From an uncultured Acidobacteriota bacterium (GTDB lineage Bacteria > Acidobacteriota > Thermoanaerobaculia > Gp7-AA8), in the NCBI GenBank assembly GCA_963822445.1, contig CAWGHO010000002.1, forward strand, positions 704,001-768,000: a DNA stretch of 64,000 bases, given 5' to 3'. The translations under genes were made by a program, and so were the position numbers. How positions within the stretch are numbered: the first letter of the stretch is position 1; every line of letters begins with the position of its first letter. The notes under the pieces are model-generated. The model had not been told where the DNA came from. It was given only the letters and a program-made list of their open reading frames with translations, and searched no databases. Positions 10,755-22,260 of this stretch are shown here, piece after piece.

Positions 10755-12095
10755 ATGTTTCAACGATTTCTCTCTCTCATCGAGCGCGATCCCCACGCCC
10801 TGGCGCTGCTCGACGCGGCGTCGGGCACACGAACCACCCGCGCCCAGCTCCTTGCGAACGCCAACGAGCTCGCCCGGAAGCTGACCGATGCCGGAATCGC
10901 TGAAACCGACGCGGTTGCGATTCAACTCCCGAACTCGACGGATTTCGTGGCCGCGTTCCTCGCCGCGTTGAAGCTCGGCCTGGTCGTCATCCCCATCGAT
11001 CGCGACGCGACCGAGACTGAAGTGGCCACGATTCTCGGGCACTTCGCGGTCCGGGGATTCATCTACCGCGGCGGTATTTCCGTGCGATCGATCGAGGGCC
11101 GCCCGAACGTTCCCTCGAACGCGCGGCTGATCAAGCTCACCTCGGGATCGAGCGGACGACCGAAAGGCATCGTCACCAGCGAGGCAAATCTCATCGCCGA
11201 CTGCACGAACATCTGCGCCTCGATGGGCATCACCGCAGCCGACATCAACCTCGGCGCAATCCCCTTTTCCCACTCGTACGGCTTCTCGAATCTGGTCACG
11301 CCGCTCATTCTCCAGGGCACGCCCATCGTCGTTTCGAACGATTACCTGCCCCAGGCGCTCATCGAGCACGCCAATCGGTACGGCTGCACGGTCGCGCCGC
11401 TGATTCCGATGGTCTTCGATCACCTCGCCACGGCGGCATCGGGCGCGTTCGACACGGTTCGCACGTTCATCTCCGCGGGCGCGCCTCTGCCCCCATCGAC
11501 CTCGCGCAGATTCCGCGAGCGATTCGGAATCGACATCCACTCGTTCTACGGCTGCAGCGAGTGCGGCGGGATCACCTACGACCGCAAAGGCGCCGCGGTG
11601 GAACGCGGAACGGTCGGCGCACCGCTCAACGGCGTGGAACTGCTGATGGATGCACCACGCGTCGCGATTCGTAGTGCGTCGGTTGCGCTTGGGTATCTGC
11701 TCGACGCAAACACGTTCGAGCCGTTCACCGACTTCGTCACGGACGATCTCATCGAGCTGCGCGACGGCGAGGTCGCGCTGACCGGTCGCGCCAGCGATTT
11801 GATCAACACCGCGGGCAAGAAAGTGAACCCGCGCGAGGTCGAAACGATCCTTCTGCAGATCGACGGCGTGCGCGAGGCGAAGGTTTACGGCGAGCCCGCC
11901 GGCGCGCGGGGCGAAGTCGTTGCCGCGGCGATCGTCGCGACGCCGAATGTCACCCGCGAGGTGGTTCGCGAGTACTGCCGCACGCGACTCTCGCTGCACA
12001 AAGTGCCGCGCATCGTGAAGCTGATCGAGGAGATGCCGGTCGACGAGCGGGGCAAGATCAAGCGGGCGGCGCTGTCTGGACTTCCCGAGCGCTAG
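10755..12095 (+). CDS. AMP-dependent acyl/aryl-CoA or -ACP ligase (ANL family)
   Basis: TSGSSGRPKG, YGCSE, GRASDLIN, GKIKR motifs; start ATG 10755. Confidence 0.92.
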   Translation: MFQRFLSLIERDPHALALLDAASGTRTTRAQLLANANELARKLTDAGIAETDAVAIQLPNSTDFVAAFLAALKLGLVVIPIDRDATETEVATILGHFAVRGFIYRGGISVRSIEGRPNVPSNARLIKLTSGSSGRPKGIVTSEANLIADCTNICASMGITAADINLGAIPFSHSYGFSNLVTPLILQGTPIVVSNDYLPQALIEHANRYGCTVAPLIPMVFDHLATAASGAFDTVRTFISAGAPLPPSTSRRFRERFGIDIHSFYGCSECGGITYDRKGAAVERGTVGAPLNGVELLMDAPRVAIRSASVALGYLLDANTFEPFTDFVTDDLIELRDGEVALTGRASDLINTAGKKVNPREVETILLQIDGVREAKVYGEPAGARGEVVAAAIVATPNVTREVVREYCRTRLSLHKVPRIVKLIEEMPVDERGKIKRAALSGLPER

Positions 12096-13584
12096 CAGCC
12101 GCTTTCTTGCGCGACCGCAGCAGGTGTCCAACTTCCGCGCGAATCCACAACTTGAATCCGCGCATCACCATCCGCATCGGCGCGAAGTCGAGATTGAAGT
12201 ACGCCTTGATGCGCCGGCCATCGTTGTACTTCCCGGCCTCCCCCGCCGTCCGCCGCCCCTCGGCGATGGTTTTGAAGCGGCGGTTGTACGCCTTCATCAC
12301 GTTGTAGCTGATGAACGCCGCTTTCGGCCCGAGGACGGGCATCCAGTAGAACTTCTTCATGAACTTGTACGCGGGGATGACCACGAACAGGTAGTACTGC
12401 GCGGTGTCGATGAGGAACGCCGCGCTGAGCAGGTCCGCCTCGCCCATGTAGTAGTACTTGTCCTTGTACGCGGCGCGGAAGAAGCGCCAGTACGAGCGCA
12501 CGAACGTCGCGTTATGCTCGGCGATGCGTGGGGTGATGTCGGTGCCCATCGCGTCGTCTTTGATGATGCTCGCCGTCGCTTCGGCGGTGAACGACGCGTG
12601 ATCGAGACCGGGCGAGTAATACGGATCGAGAAACGCGGCGGCGTCGCCGAGCAGTGCCCATCCGCGCCCCATGTATTGTTTCGTCGCGTAGGCGAGCGTC
12701 GAATAGAAGCGGAGATCATCGAGCCGCGGCTCTGCGTTCTGCAGAATCTCAGCAAGTGACGGAATCGCCTTCAGGAACGCGATGAAATCCTCGGCGCGAT
12801 TCTTCGACTGATGCAGGCCGACCAGCCGCTTGTCGAAGACGACGCCGATGCTCGTTTCGCCGTTGCCAAGAGGGATCACCCAGATCCAGAAGCCGTAGCC
12901 GGTGTAGTGATTCGTACCGAGCCGCCGCGACCCGACGTTGTCGGACGTGAAACTCCCGCGCGCCGCGAGCTCGTCGATGTGGCGGACATTTTTCCAGCGG
13001 CACCAGATCGCCGCCGTCGGATGCTCGTCGTTGCGCTCGATGAGATTCAGGCGGCGGCCGAGGAAATTCACGCGGCCTGTCGCGTCGAGCAGCCAGCAGC
13101 AGGAGAGCTCGCGCGTTTCGTCGCCCACCTCGATCGTCAGTCGATGATCGAAATCGCCGATGACCACGTCGCGCGCTTTCGCGGGACGCACGAGCTCGGC
13201 GCCTTCCGCGACCGCGGTCGCCAGCAGATGTTCATCGAGCGCGTCACGCCGTAACTGAAACGACGGCACCGGACTGCGAATGAAGCCGCCCGCTTCGGTC
13301 GCGTTCGCATGACCGGTCACCTTCTCGTTGGTGAACCAGTAGCGCAGCCCTTCCTTCGGCAACTGCTCGCGCTCGAGATGCTCCCACATGGCCAGGCGGC
13401 GGGTCAGGAACATCGCCGACATCTCCGTCGTGGCCTCGCCGACCTTCTCGTCGAAGGCCTCCGCTTTCTCCACGATGAGCACGCGCAGTTCGGGCGATTC
13501 GCGCCGCAAAAGGATGGCCGTGGAGGCGCCGCTGAAGGCTCCGCCAAGGACGATTACGTCGTACCGGTCTTGCAGTGTCGCCAT
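12058..13584 (-). CDS. Flavin-dependent halogenase-like protein 2 (tryptophan halogenase family)
   Basis: GGAFSG, KVGEAT, LPKEG, WIWVIP, GDAAAFLDPYYSPG. Confidence 0.82.
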   Translation of the reverse strand: MATLQDRYDVIVLGGAFSGASTAILLRRESPELRVLIVEKAEAFDEKVGEATTEMSAMFLTRRLAMWEHLEREQLPKEGLRYWFTNEKVTGHANATEAGGFIRSPVPSFQLRRDALDEHLLATAVAEGAELVRPAKARDVVIGDFDHRLTIEVGDETRELSCCWLLDATGRVNFLGRRLNLIERNDEHPTAAIWCRWKNVRHIDELAARGSFTSDNVGSRRLGTNHYTGYGFWIWVIPLGNGETSIGVVFDKRLVGLHQSKNRAEDFIAFLKAIPSLAEILQNAEPRLDDLRFYSTLAYATKQYMGRGWALLGDAAAFLDPYYSPGLDHASFTAEATASIIKDDAMGTDITPRIAEHNATFVRSYWRFFRAAYKDKYYYMGEADLLSAAFLIDTAQYYLFVVIPAYKFMKKFYWMPVLGPKAAFISYNVMKAYNRRFKTIAEGRRTAGEAGKYNDGRRIKAYFNLDFAPMRMVMRGFKLWIRAEVGHLLRSRKKAAASAREVQTAPPA

Positions 13585-13603
13585 GCTAGGATTCGCGCCC
13601 CAC

Positions 13604-14284
13604 ATGGAATGGCTTAAAGATGCGTTTCATTTCCTGACCGACGTTCGCGGGCTCGTGCAATGGGGAGGGTACATCGCCCTCGCCATCATCGTCTTCACCG
13701 AAACAGGCCTGATGATCGGCTTTTTTCTGCCCGGTGATTCGCTGCTGGTCACCGCCGGTCTGTTCGCCGCAAAAGGCGATCTCAACATTGTTTTTCTCAA
13801 CGTGCTCTTGATGTTCTGCGCGATCACCGGCGACGCAACCGGCTACTACATCGGCAAGAAGCTAGGCCCGGCTCTGTTCCGCAAGGAAGACTCGCTGCTG
13901 TTCAAGAAGAAGCACCTCATCGCCACGCACGAGTTCTATGAACGGCATGGCGGCAAGACCATCATCATCGCCCGCTTCGTGCCGATCATCCGCACGTTCG
14001 CGCCGGTCGTGGCCGGCATGGCCAACATGTCCTACAAGCGCTTTGCGCTGTTCAACGTCGTCGGCGGAATCGGCTGGGTGTTCTCGATGACGATGATCGG
14101 CTACTCGCTGATCAAGATCTTCCCGGACGCCGAGAAGCACATTCACACGATCATCATCGTGGTGATCGTGCTGTCGATCCTGCCGGGCGTCATCGAAGTG
14201 CTGCGCGCAAAGATGAGGAAGCCTTCAGATCCGCCACCGCCTTCTCCGCCTGCCACAGATGGCGGCGTTGATGGGCCACGATGA
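13604..14284 (+). CDS. DedA/VTT family membrane protein
   Basis: ETGLMIGFFLPGDSLL, ARFVPIIRTF. Confidence 0.93.
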   Translation: MEWLKDAFHFLTDVRGLVQWGGYIALAIIVFTETGLMIGFFLPGDSLLVTAGLFAAKGDLNIVFLNVLLMFCAITGDATGYYIGKKLGPALFRKEDSLLFKKKHLIATHEFYERHGGKTIIIARFVPIIRTFAPVVAGMANMSYKRFALFNVVGGIGWVFSMTMIGYSLIKIFPDAEKHIHTIIIVVIVLSILPGVIEVLRAKMRKPSDPPPPSPPATDGGVDGPR

Positions 14285-14765
14285 TCAGAAACGCGGAGTA
14301 GAGGTTGTAGCGGACGCGCTTGTCGAAGGGCGAGACGATCTTGAGCTTGCCGAGATCGAGTCCGCGGGCCTGATGCAGCAGATCGACCAGCTTCGACTGC
14401 AGCGATGAGAACTCGCCGAACGCTTCGGCCTTCGCCCGCACCGATTTCGGGACGAACGGCGCCGACGTCGCCACGCGCTTCCGGATCGGCGGCTCGAGAA
14501 ACCACCGCAGCACGCGGCCGAGGACGTCCATCGAGGGCTTCTTCGTCGAGCTGAGGCCGCGCTTGCGACCCTCGTCGATGCTCTTTTCGATGACGGGCAG
14601 GAACATCTCCGTGGAAACGCTGAGGTGAGCGAGGCACTCCGCCGCGGACCAGCTGGCGTGATGGGGACGGACGGTGAAGAGGCGAGGCTCGGTCGACTTC
14701 ACGAGCTCCCAGGCCCGCTTCGTTGCGTCGTCGATCTCGGCTTCCACTTCCTCCAGCACGATCAC
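14190..14765 (-). CDS. DinB family protein
   Basis: WSAAECLAHL and HQRRH metal-binding pattern. Confidence 0.85.
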   Translation of the reverse strand: MIVLEEVEAEIDDATKRAWELVKSTEPRLFTVRPHHASWSAAECLAHLSVSTEMFLPVIEKSIDEGRKRGLSSTKKPSMDVLGRVLRWFLEPPIRKRVATSAPFVPKSVRAKAEAFGEFSSLQSKLVDLLHQARGLDLGKLKIVSPFDKRVRYNLYSAFLIIVAHQRRHLWQAEKAVADLKASSSLRAALR

Positions 14766-15088
14766 TCCTCACGCAGCAACGAAATGAGCACAGGAAGATC
14801 CTCGGTGACCGTGGTCCAAACGATGACCGGTTTGATCTCACGGTATCCGTGAAACAGGCGGTGCCGCATTCCGATGATTCCGGGCCAATCCAGCGGAAGC
14901 ATCCTGCGCGTTTCATCGCCCAGCAATCGCGCGGCTTCCCCGATCACTCCAACTCGATAGACCACGGCGTCCTGTGTTTTCTGATCGGCTTTGAACGTCT
15001 CGAGGTTCATGCCCGTTACGTATGAAACCGCCAGGCGCGCAGACAGGAGCATGTCTCGCAGATAACCGCGATCGTCGTCAGAGCTCAA
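14762..15088 (-). CDS. hepT: HepT-like (DUF86) HEPN ribonuclease toxin
   Basis: IGEAAR and RHRLFHGY (Rx4HxY); TTG start overlapping the MNT gene. Confidence 0.88.
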   Translation of the reverse strand: MSSDDDRGYLRDMLLSARLAVSYVTGMNLETFKADQKTQDAVVYRVGVIGEAARLLGDETRRMLPLDWPGIIGMRHRLFHGYREIKPVIVWTTVTEDLPVLISLLREE

Positions 15089-15392
15089 GAGCCACCGCCG
15101 ACGACAGGATGCGCTCGCGCCGATACTCGTTGTTGCTCTGTTCGATCCCTTCGCGCTCCGCGAGATCGACCTCACGGCCAAAAATCTCCCTCAGTTCGTC
15201 TTCCATGTGCGAGATGTCGTAGAGGCTCACGCGGGCGTTTTCGTCGAAACGAACGAGCACGTCCACGTCGCTGTCCGGCCGAAATTCGTCCGGTCGGACA
15301 GCACTCCCGAAAAGCGAAAACTCCGTCACCTTCCACTTTCTGCAGAAGTCGCGGAGTCTGTCCTTGTCGATCTCGATCGCGATGGTCGGCAT
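15078..15392 (-). CDS. mntA: Minimal nucleotidyltransferase antitoxin
   Basis: FGSAVR...DSDVDVLV, GREVDL. Confidence 0.9.
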   Translation of the reverse strand: MPTIAIEIDKDRLRDFCRKWKVTEFSLFGSAVRPDEFRPDSDVDVLVRFDENARVSLYDISHMEDELREIFGREVDLAEREGIEQSNNEYRRERILSSAVALEL

Positions 15393-15417
15393 CGCCGTTA
15401 GTCTACGGCTCATCCTC

Positions 15418-15723
15418 TAGAAAGTCGCTGACCGCCGCTACGACCGAGGCAGATCTCGCGAGATCAACTTTCGATAAATATCGCGGGTAACGCGGCTTTC
15501 GCTTCACCACTCACCTGATTCGCCGCTTCGCCTATCAACGTCAGCCAGTGAAGCACGGCGAGTCCAGCGCCTGCGAGCCGGCTGTGATCACCGAAGACGT
15601 TCGCGTTTATCGAAACGTCTCCGGCCTGGTTACACTCCCGAAAAGCGAAAACTCCGTCACCTTCCACTTCCTGCAGAAGTCGCGGAGCCGGTCCTTGTCG
15701 AGATCGATCGCGATGGTCGCCAT
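15418..15723 (-). pseudogene. Collapsed second MNT-HepT pair
   Basis: About 105 bp near-identical to the MNT 5' end (MATIAIDLDKDRLRDFCRKWKVTEFSLFGS, then stop), followed by HepT-like fragment LTLIGEAANQVSGEAKAALP. Confidence 0.8.
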
Positions 15724-15741
15724 CGCCGTTAGTCTACGCGG

Positions 15742-16563
15742 TTACTCCTTTTTCAGGAGCGCTTCGCCGAGCTCGCGCGAGCGTCGCGTGGCGGCTTCGA
15801 CCGCATTCATCAGTGTCGTCCGCACTCCACCGTTCTCGAGCGTGTGCAGGCCGGTGATGGCCGTGCCGCCCGGCGAGGTGACCATGTCCTTCAGCCGTCC
15901 CGGATGCTCGTTGGTTTCGAGGAGCAGTTTCGCCGATCCGAACACCGTTTGCGCGGCCAGCAGTTGTGCGGTCCGCCGCGACAGACCGACTTTGACACCG
16001 GCGTCGCTCAGCGCTTCGAGGATGAGGAATACGTACGCCGGGCCCGATCCGGACAGCCCCGTAACCGCGTCGAGCGCCGATTCCTCGAGCACGACCGTCA
16101 ATCCAATCGCGTCGAAAATCTTCTTCGCCTCGGCCAGATCGCTTTCGCTGGCGTGGTCGCCGCCGGCGATCGCCGTGGCCGCCGCATCGACGAGCGCCGG
16201 CGTGTTCGGCATCGCCCGGACGACCCGAGTGCCCGCGGCCAGCCTGGCCTGAATCGCCGACACGGGAACGCCGGCGGCGATCGAGATCACCAGGGCGTCG
16301 GGCTTGATGATCTCCGCAACCTCCTCGAGCACGCGGCTGAGGATCTGCGGCTTGACCGACAGGACGACGATCTCCGCGGCCGCTGGCTTCGCGTTGTCGG
16401 TCGTCGCGTCGATGCCGTACTTCTCCCGCAGCTCGGCAACGCGCTCGTCACGCGGACCCGACGCGGAGATGTGCTCCGCCGCGAAATCCCTTCCGCGGAG
16501 GAGCCCCCGAATCATGGCCTCGGCCATGTTGCCGGCGCCGATGAACCCGATGGTGCGGGCCAT
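15742..16563 (-). CDS. proC: Pyrroline-5-carboxylate reductase
   Basis: GFIGAGNM, RAMPNTP, SGSGPAY, VTSPGGT. Confidence 0.96.
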   Translation of the reverse strand: MARTIGFIGAGNMAEAMIRGLLRGRDFAAEHISASGPRDERVAELREKYGIDATTDNAKPAAAEIVVLSVKPQILSRVLEEVAEIIKPDALVISIAAGVPVSAIQARLAAGTRVVRAMPNTPALVDAAATAIAGGDHASESDLAEAKKIFDAIGLTVVLEESALDAVTGLSGSGPAYVFLILEALSDAGVKVGLSRRTAQLLAAQTVFGSAKLLLETNEHPGRLKDMVTSPGGTAITGLHTLENGGVRTTLMNAVEAATRRSRELGEALLKKE

Positions 16564-16568
16564 CAGCC

Positions 16569-19301
<2,733 letters not shown>

Positions 19302-19373
19302 GGCTTTCTCAATTCAGAAGAGTGGGTGACGCGCAGCAACAGGCGCGCCGTGCCGGAAGGAGAGGCGTGCTGC

Positions 19374-19631
19374 TCAGCAGCCGAGGCCGGGAGCGCGGGC
19401 GGCGGTGGAGCCGCGAAGCGGGCTGACCGGACGGCGAAAGCCCTGGCGATCCGAGCGGACGCGCGCGGCGCGGACGCGGGTGGGAGTGCGGACGGCGGCT
19501 CTCTCTTCGACGCGCGCCGCGGCACGGGACCCTCGGGCCACGGCGATCAGCGCGGCACCGGTCCGCGGAACCCGGTCGGCCGTTGCCGCCGCCATTCCGA
19601 AAGCCAATGCGATGAAGGAGAGGAGCGTCAT
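19374..19631 (-). CDS. Candidate secA leader/arrest peptide (signal peptide + RAPG)
   Basis: 85 aa, hydrophobic N-terminus, Arg/Ala-rich spacer, ends ...AARAPGLGC; stop lies 72 nt upstream of secA. Confidence 0.7.
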   Translation of the reverse strand: MTLLSFIALAFGMAAATADRVPRTGAALIAVARGSRAAARVEERAAVRTPTRVRAARVRSDRQGFRRPVSPLRGSTAARAPGLGC

Positions 19632-19663
19632 GTTGAAAGGTTCGTCAGGGTATCAAATCGGCC

Positions 19664-20494
19664 CTAGGGCCGCAGCATTTCCAGCCGGTCGTAGGCCATC
19701 CACGTCTGGTGCCCGAGGAAGATGACCAGGGAGAAGTAGAGGACGGCGATGCCCGCGCGCTGGGCGGCTGTGACTTCGTAAAAGTGCTTGTCGGTCTTCT
19801 CGCGGACGATCGAGGCGTACACCTGAAACGCGGCGAGCAGAGCGATGACGATGATCAGCGGGTTGGGCTGATCGATGATTTTGTAGACGACCGCGCCGCC
19901 GCCGATGACCCACATCCACTTCGTGACCGCGGCGGAAATCCGCCCGCCGTCGAGCATGCCGATCGGGAGCAGATTGAAGAGATTCAGCGCGAATCCGAGG
20001 AGGGCGATGAAGAGGTACGTCGGGTCGAGCGACCACTTGTAGAACTGCAGCACGACCAGCGAGGCGATCGTGCCCGCGAACGGCCCGGCCAGACCGATCA
20101 GCGCATCGTCGTAAGCGGTGCGGGGCTGATCCTTCAGCGTGACCGCGCCGCCGATGAAGGGGATGAAGATCATGAATCCGACGCGGAGTCCTTTCGCGCG
20201 AATGACGACGGCATGACCGATCTCGTGGATGAGTGTGATCACGACGAAGCCGATGACGATCGCCAGCGGTTCCTGCGTGGCGTACGCGGCGATGGTGACG
20301 ACGAATGAGCCACCGGCGATCGCGTACTGCATCGCCCCGAAGCCTTCGAACGGGTTCACGAAGAGAATGCGGATCTTCTCGACCAGAACGATCACCAGCG
20401 TCTTCGCCTTGAGGGCGAAAACGGTGAGGAGCAGGATCAGGCCGGAAAGGAGCTTCGGAAACGTTCGCCGCCGCGGCGAAGATGTTGAAGACAT
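19664..20494 (-). CDS. Site-2 protease (M50)
   Basis: HEIGH, AGP, NLLPIGMLDGG. Confidence 0.92.
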   Translation of the reverse strand: MSSTSSPRRRTFPKLLSGLILLLTVFALKAKTLVIVLVEKIRILFVNPFEGFGAMQYAIAGGSFVVTIAAYATQEPLAIVIGFVVITLIHEIGHAVVIRAKGLRVGFMIFIPFIGGAVTLKDQPRTAYDDALIGLAGPFAGTIASLVVLQFYKWSLDPTYLFIALLGFALNLFNLLPIGMLDGGRISAAVTKWMWVIGGGAVVYKIIDQPNPLIIVIALLAAFQVYASIVREKTDKHFYEVTAAQRAGIAVLYFSLVIFLGHQTWMAYDRLEMLRP

Positions 20495-20557
20495 GGACTT
20501 TGTCGCGCATTACAACGTGGTTAAGGATGAGTAATTTCCGAGCTAGGATGCGCGGCA

Positions 20558-22146
20558 GTGTCCGAAGTCGACTCACTTCGCGCGCAGCTTCGCGAGCGCG
20601 GCTACCTGACGCATGGAATCGAGCGGTGGTTCGCGCTCGATCCCTGGAGCTCGCGGGCGTTCTGGGTGGAGCTGCTGGCGGTCGCGCTCAAGGCGGCCAC
20701 GCTGATCGCCGCGTTCGCTGCGCTGCCCATGACCACGGTCATGCTCTTCCGCAACTTCCCGCTCAATGCGTATGAGACGCTGGCTCTTTACCTGACCTAC
20801 GCCGCGGCCTGGCTGCTCGTCGCGTTCCTCTTCGTCATCCTGGCGGCGCTGATTCTGAAGCTGCGACCAGCCTTGCCAATCGACACCCCCTAGCACTCCT
20901 CGGAGTCTCGCTGGTCGCCGCGGCGATGCTGGTCCTCCCGATCGGCATCTGGTGGTATCGCTTTGATACCAAAGCGGTTACGGCGGAGCTGATCGTCGGC
21001 GTCGCACTCTGCGTAGTGTTCTTCCTCATGGCCACGATCATCGTTTCCGCGGCGCTGCTGTCGTTCTCGATTTACGAGCTCCAGCGGATTCCCGCCATTC
21101 ACGCCAAGCGGCGCGGCGGACCGATGACTGTAGCCGCGGCGGCGCTGATCGCGCTGCTGTTCGTGCCCGCGTATGCGCAACGGGAGCGAGCCGCGATCGA
21201 GCCCATGGTGGTGACGACGCCGACGACGACGCGCCTGGCTTTGATCGCCGTCGACGGCCTGACCTACGACGTCTTCCGCTCCCGCCCCGACCTCTTCCGC
21301 CTCCTGCCGGTGGTCGCACCGGTTCATCCGATCGCCGCGGCATCGACGACCGAGCGCTGGGCGTCGTTCGGCACGGGCGTTCGGACCGAGGCTCATGGCG
21401 TTCGGGCGATCGAAGGCGTGCGCTTCCGAGGCGGCCGGCACATCCTGCAGCGCATCTCCCGCGGCGATCTCGTGCTGATGAACACGCCGCTGGCGCGACG
21501 CGAGCCGTTGCCGCCGACCGTCCGCCGCCGCGATTACGTCTGGGAAATCGTCGCGGAGCGCGGCGTTCCCAGCGTCGCCGTGAATTGGTGGACGACGGCC
21601 GACGCGAGTGAGGGCGGATTGCTGTCGGTTGCGCCGGAGTCGATCTTCGCCGCGTCGAAAGGCGACGCGCTGAAAGTCGACGAGGCCGCGCGTCAACGAT
21701 TCCTCGCCTCACTCGACGGGCGGCGGCTGGCGACTGTCTATCTCCCCGCGCTCGACATCGTCCTGAATCGCCTCGAGCTCGATCAGACCGCGCGCCTCAC
21801 CGCGTCGTTGCGCGCCCTCGAGGCAATCACCGCGCTGGTCAACGACGTTCGCGCCCGCGGCTACGAGGTGATCATCGCGGGGATGCCCGGCGACGGCCAG
21901 AGCGGCACGGCCGTGATCGCATCGTCGATCGCGTTGAAAAAACCCATCCAGGCCTGGGACATCGCTCCCACCATCCTCGACCTCCTCGGCTTCCCCCTCT
22001 CGAACGAAATGCCCGGCCACGCGCTGTCCACGACGTCGCGTGAGCCGCGCATCGCCACGTACGGGCCGCGGACGAGCGCCGGGGCGGCGCAGGCTGTGAA
22101 TGAGGAGTACTACGAAAACTTGAGATCGCTGGGGTACATACGATGA
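20558..22146 (+). CDS. Membrane protein with alkaline-phosphatase/phosphodiesterase-superfamily domain, frameshifted at C5 run 20886-20890
   Basis: TM helices, then LIAVDGL, DIAPTILDLLG, LRSLGYI; adding one C joins ORFs 20558-20893 and 20926-22146. Confidence 0.75.
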
Positions 22147-22244
22147 AGGCTCAGAGGCTCAAAGGCTCAGAGGCTCAAAGGCTCACAGGCGCAAAGGCGG
22201 ATAGCATCGCTTTGAGCCTCTGCGCCTTTGAGCCTTTGAGCCTT
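22146..22244. repeat. Inverted array of 8-bp tandem repeats (AGGCTCAR)
   Basis: (AGGCTCAG/A)n-spacer-(TTTGAGCC)n. Confidence 0.9.
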
Positions 22245-22260
22245 CCCGCAGGAGAACCGA

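Noticed and set aside
20891-20893. Pyrrolysine/amber read-through at TAG
   Set aside because: The downstream half is in a different frame; a missing C in the C5 run explains it
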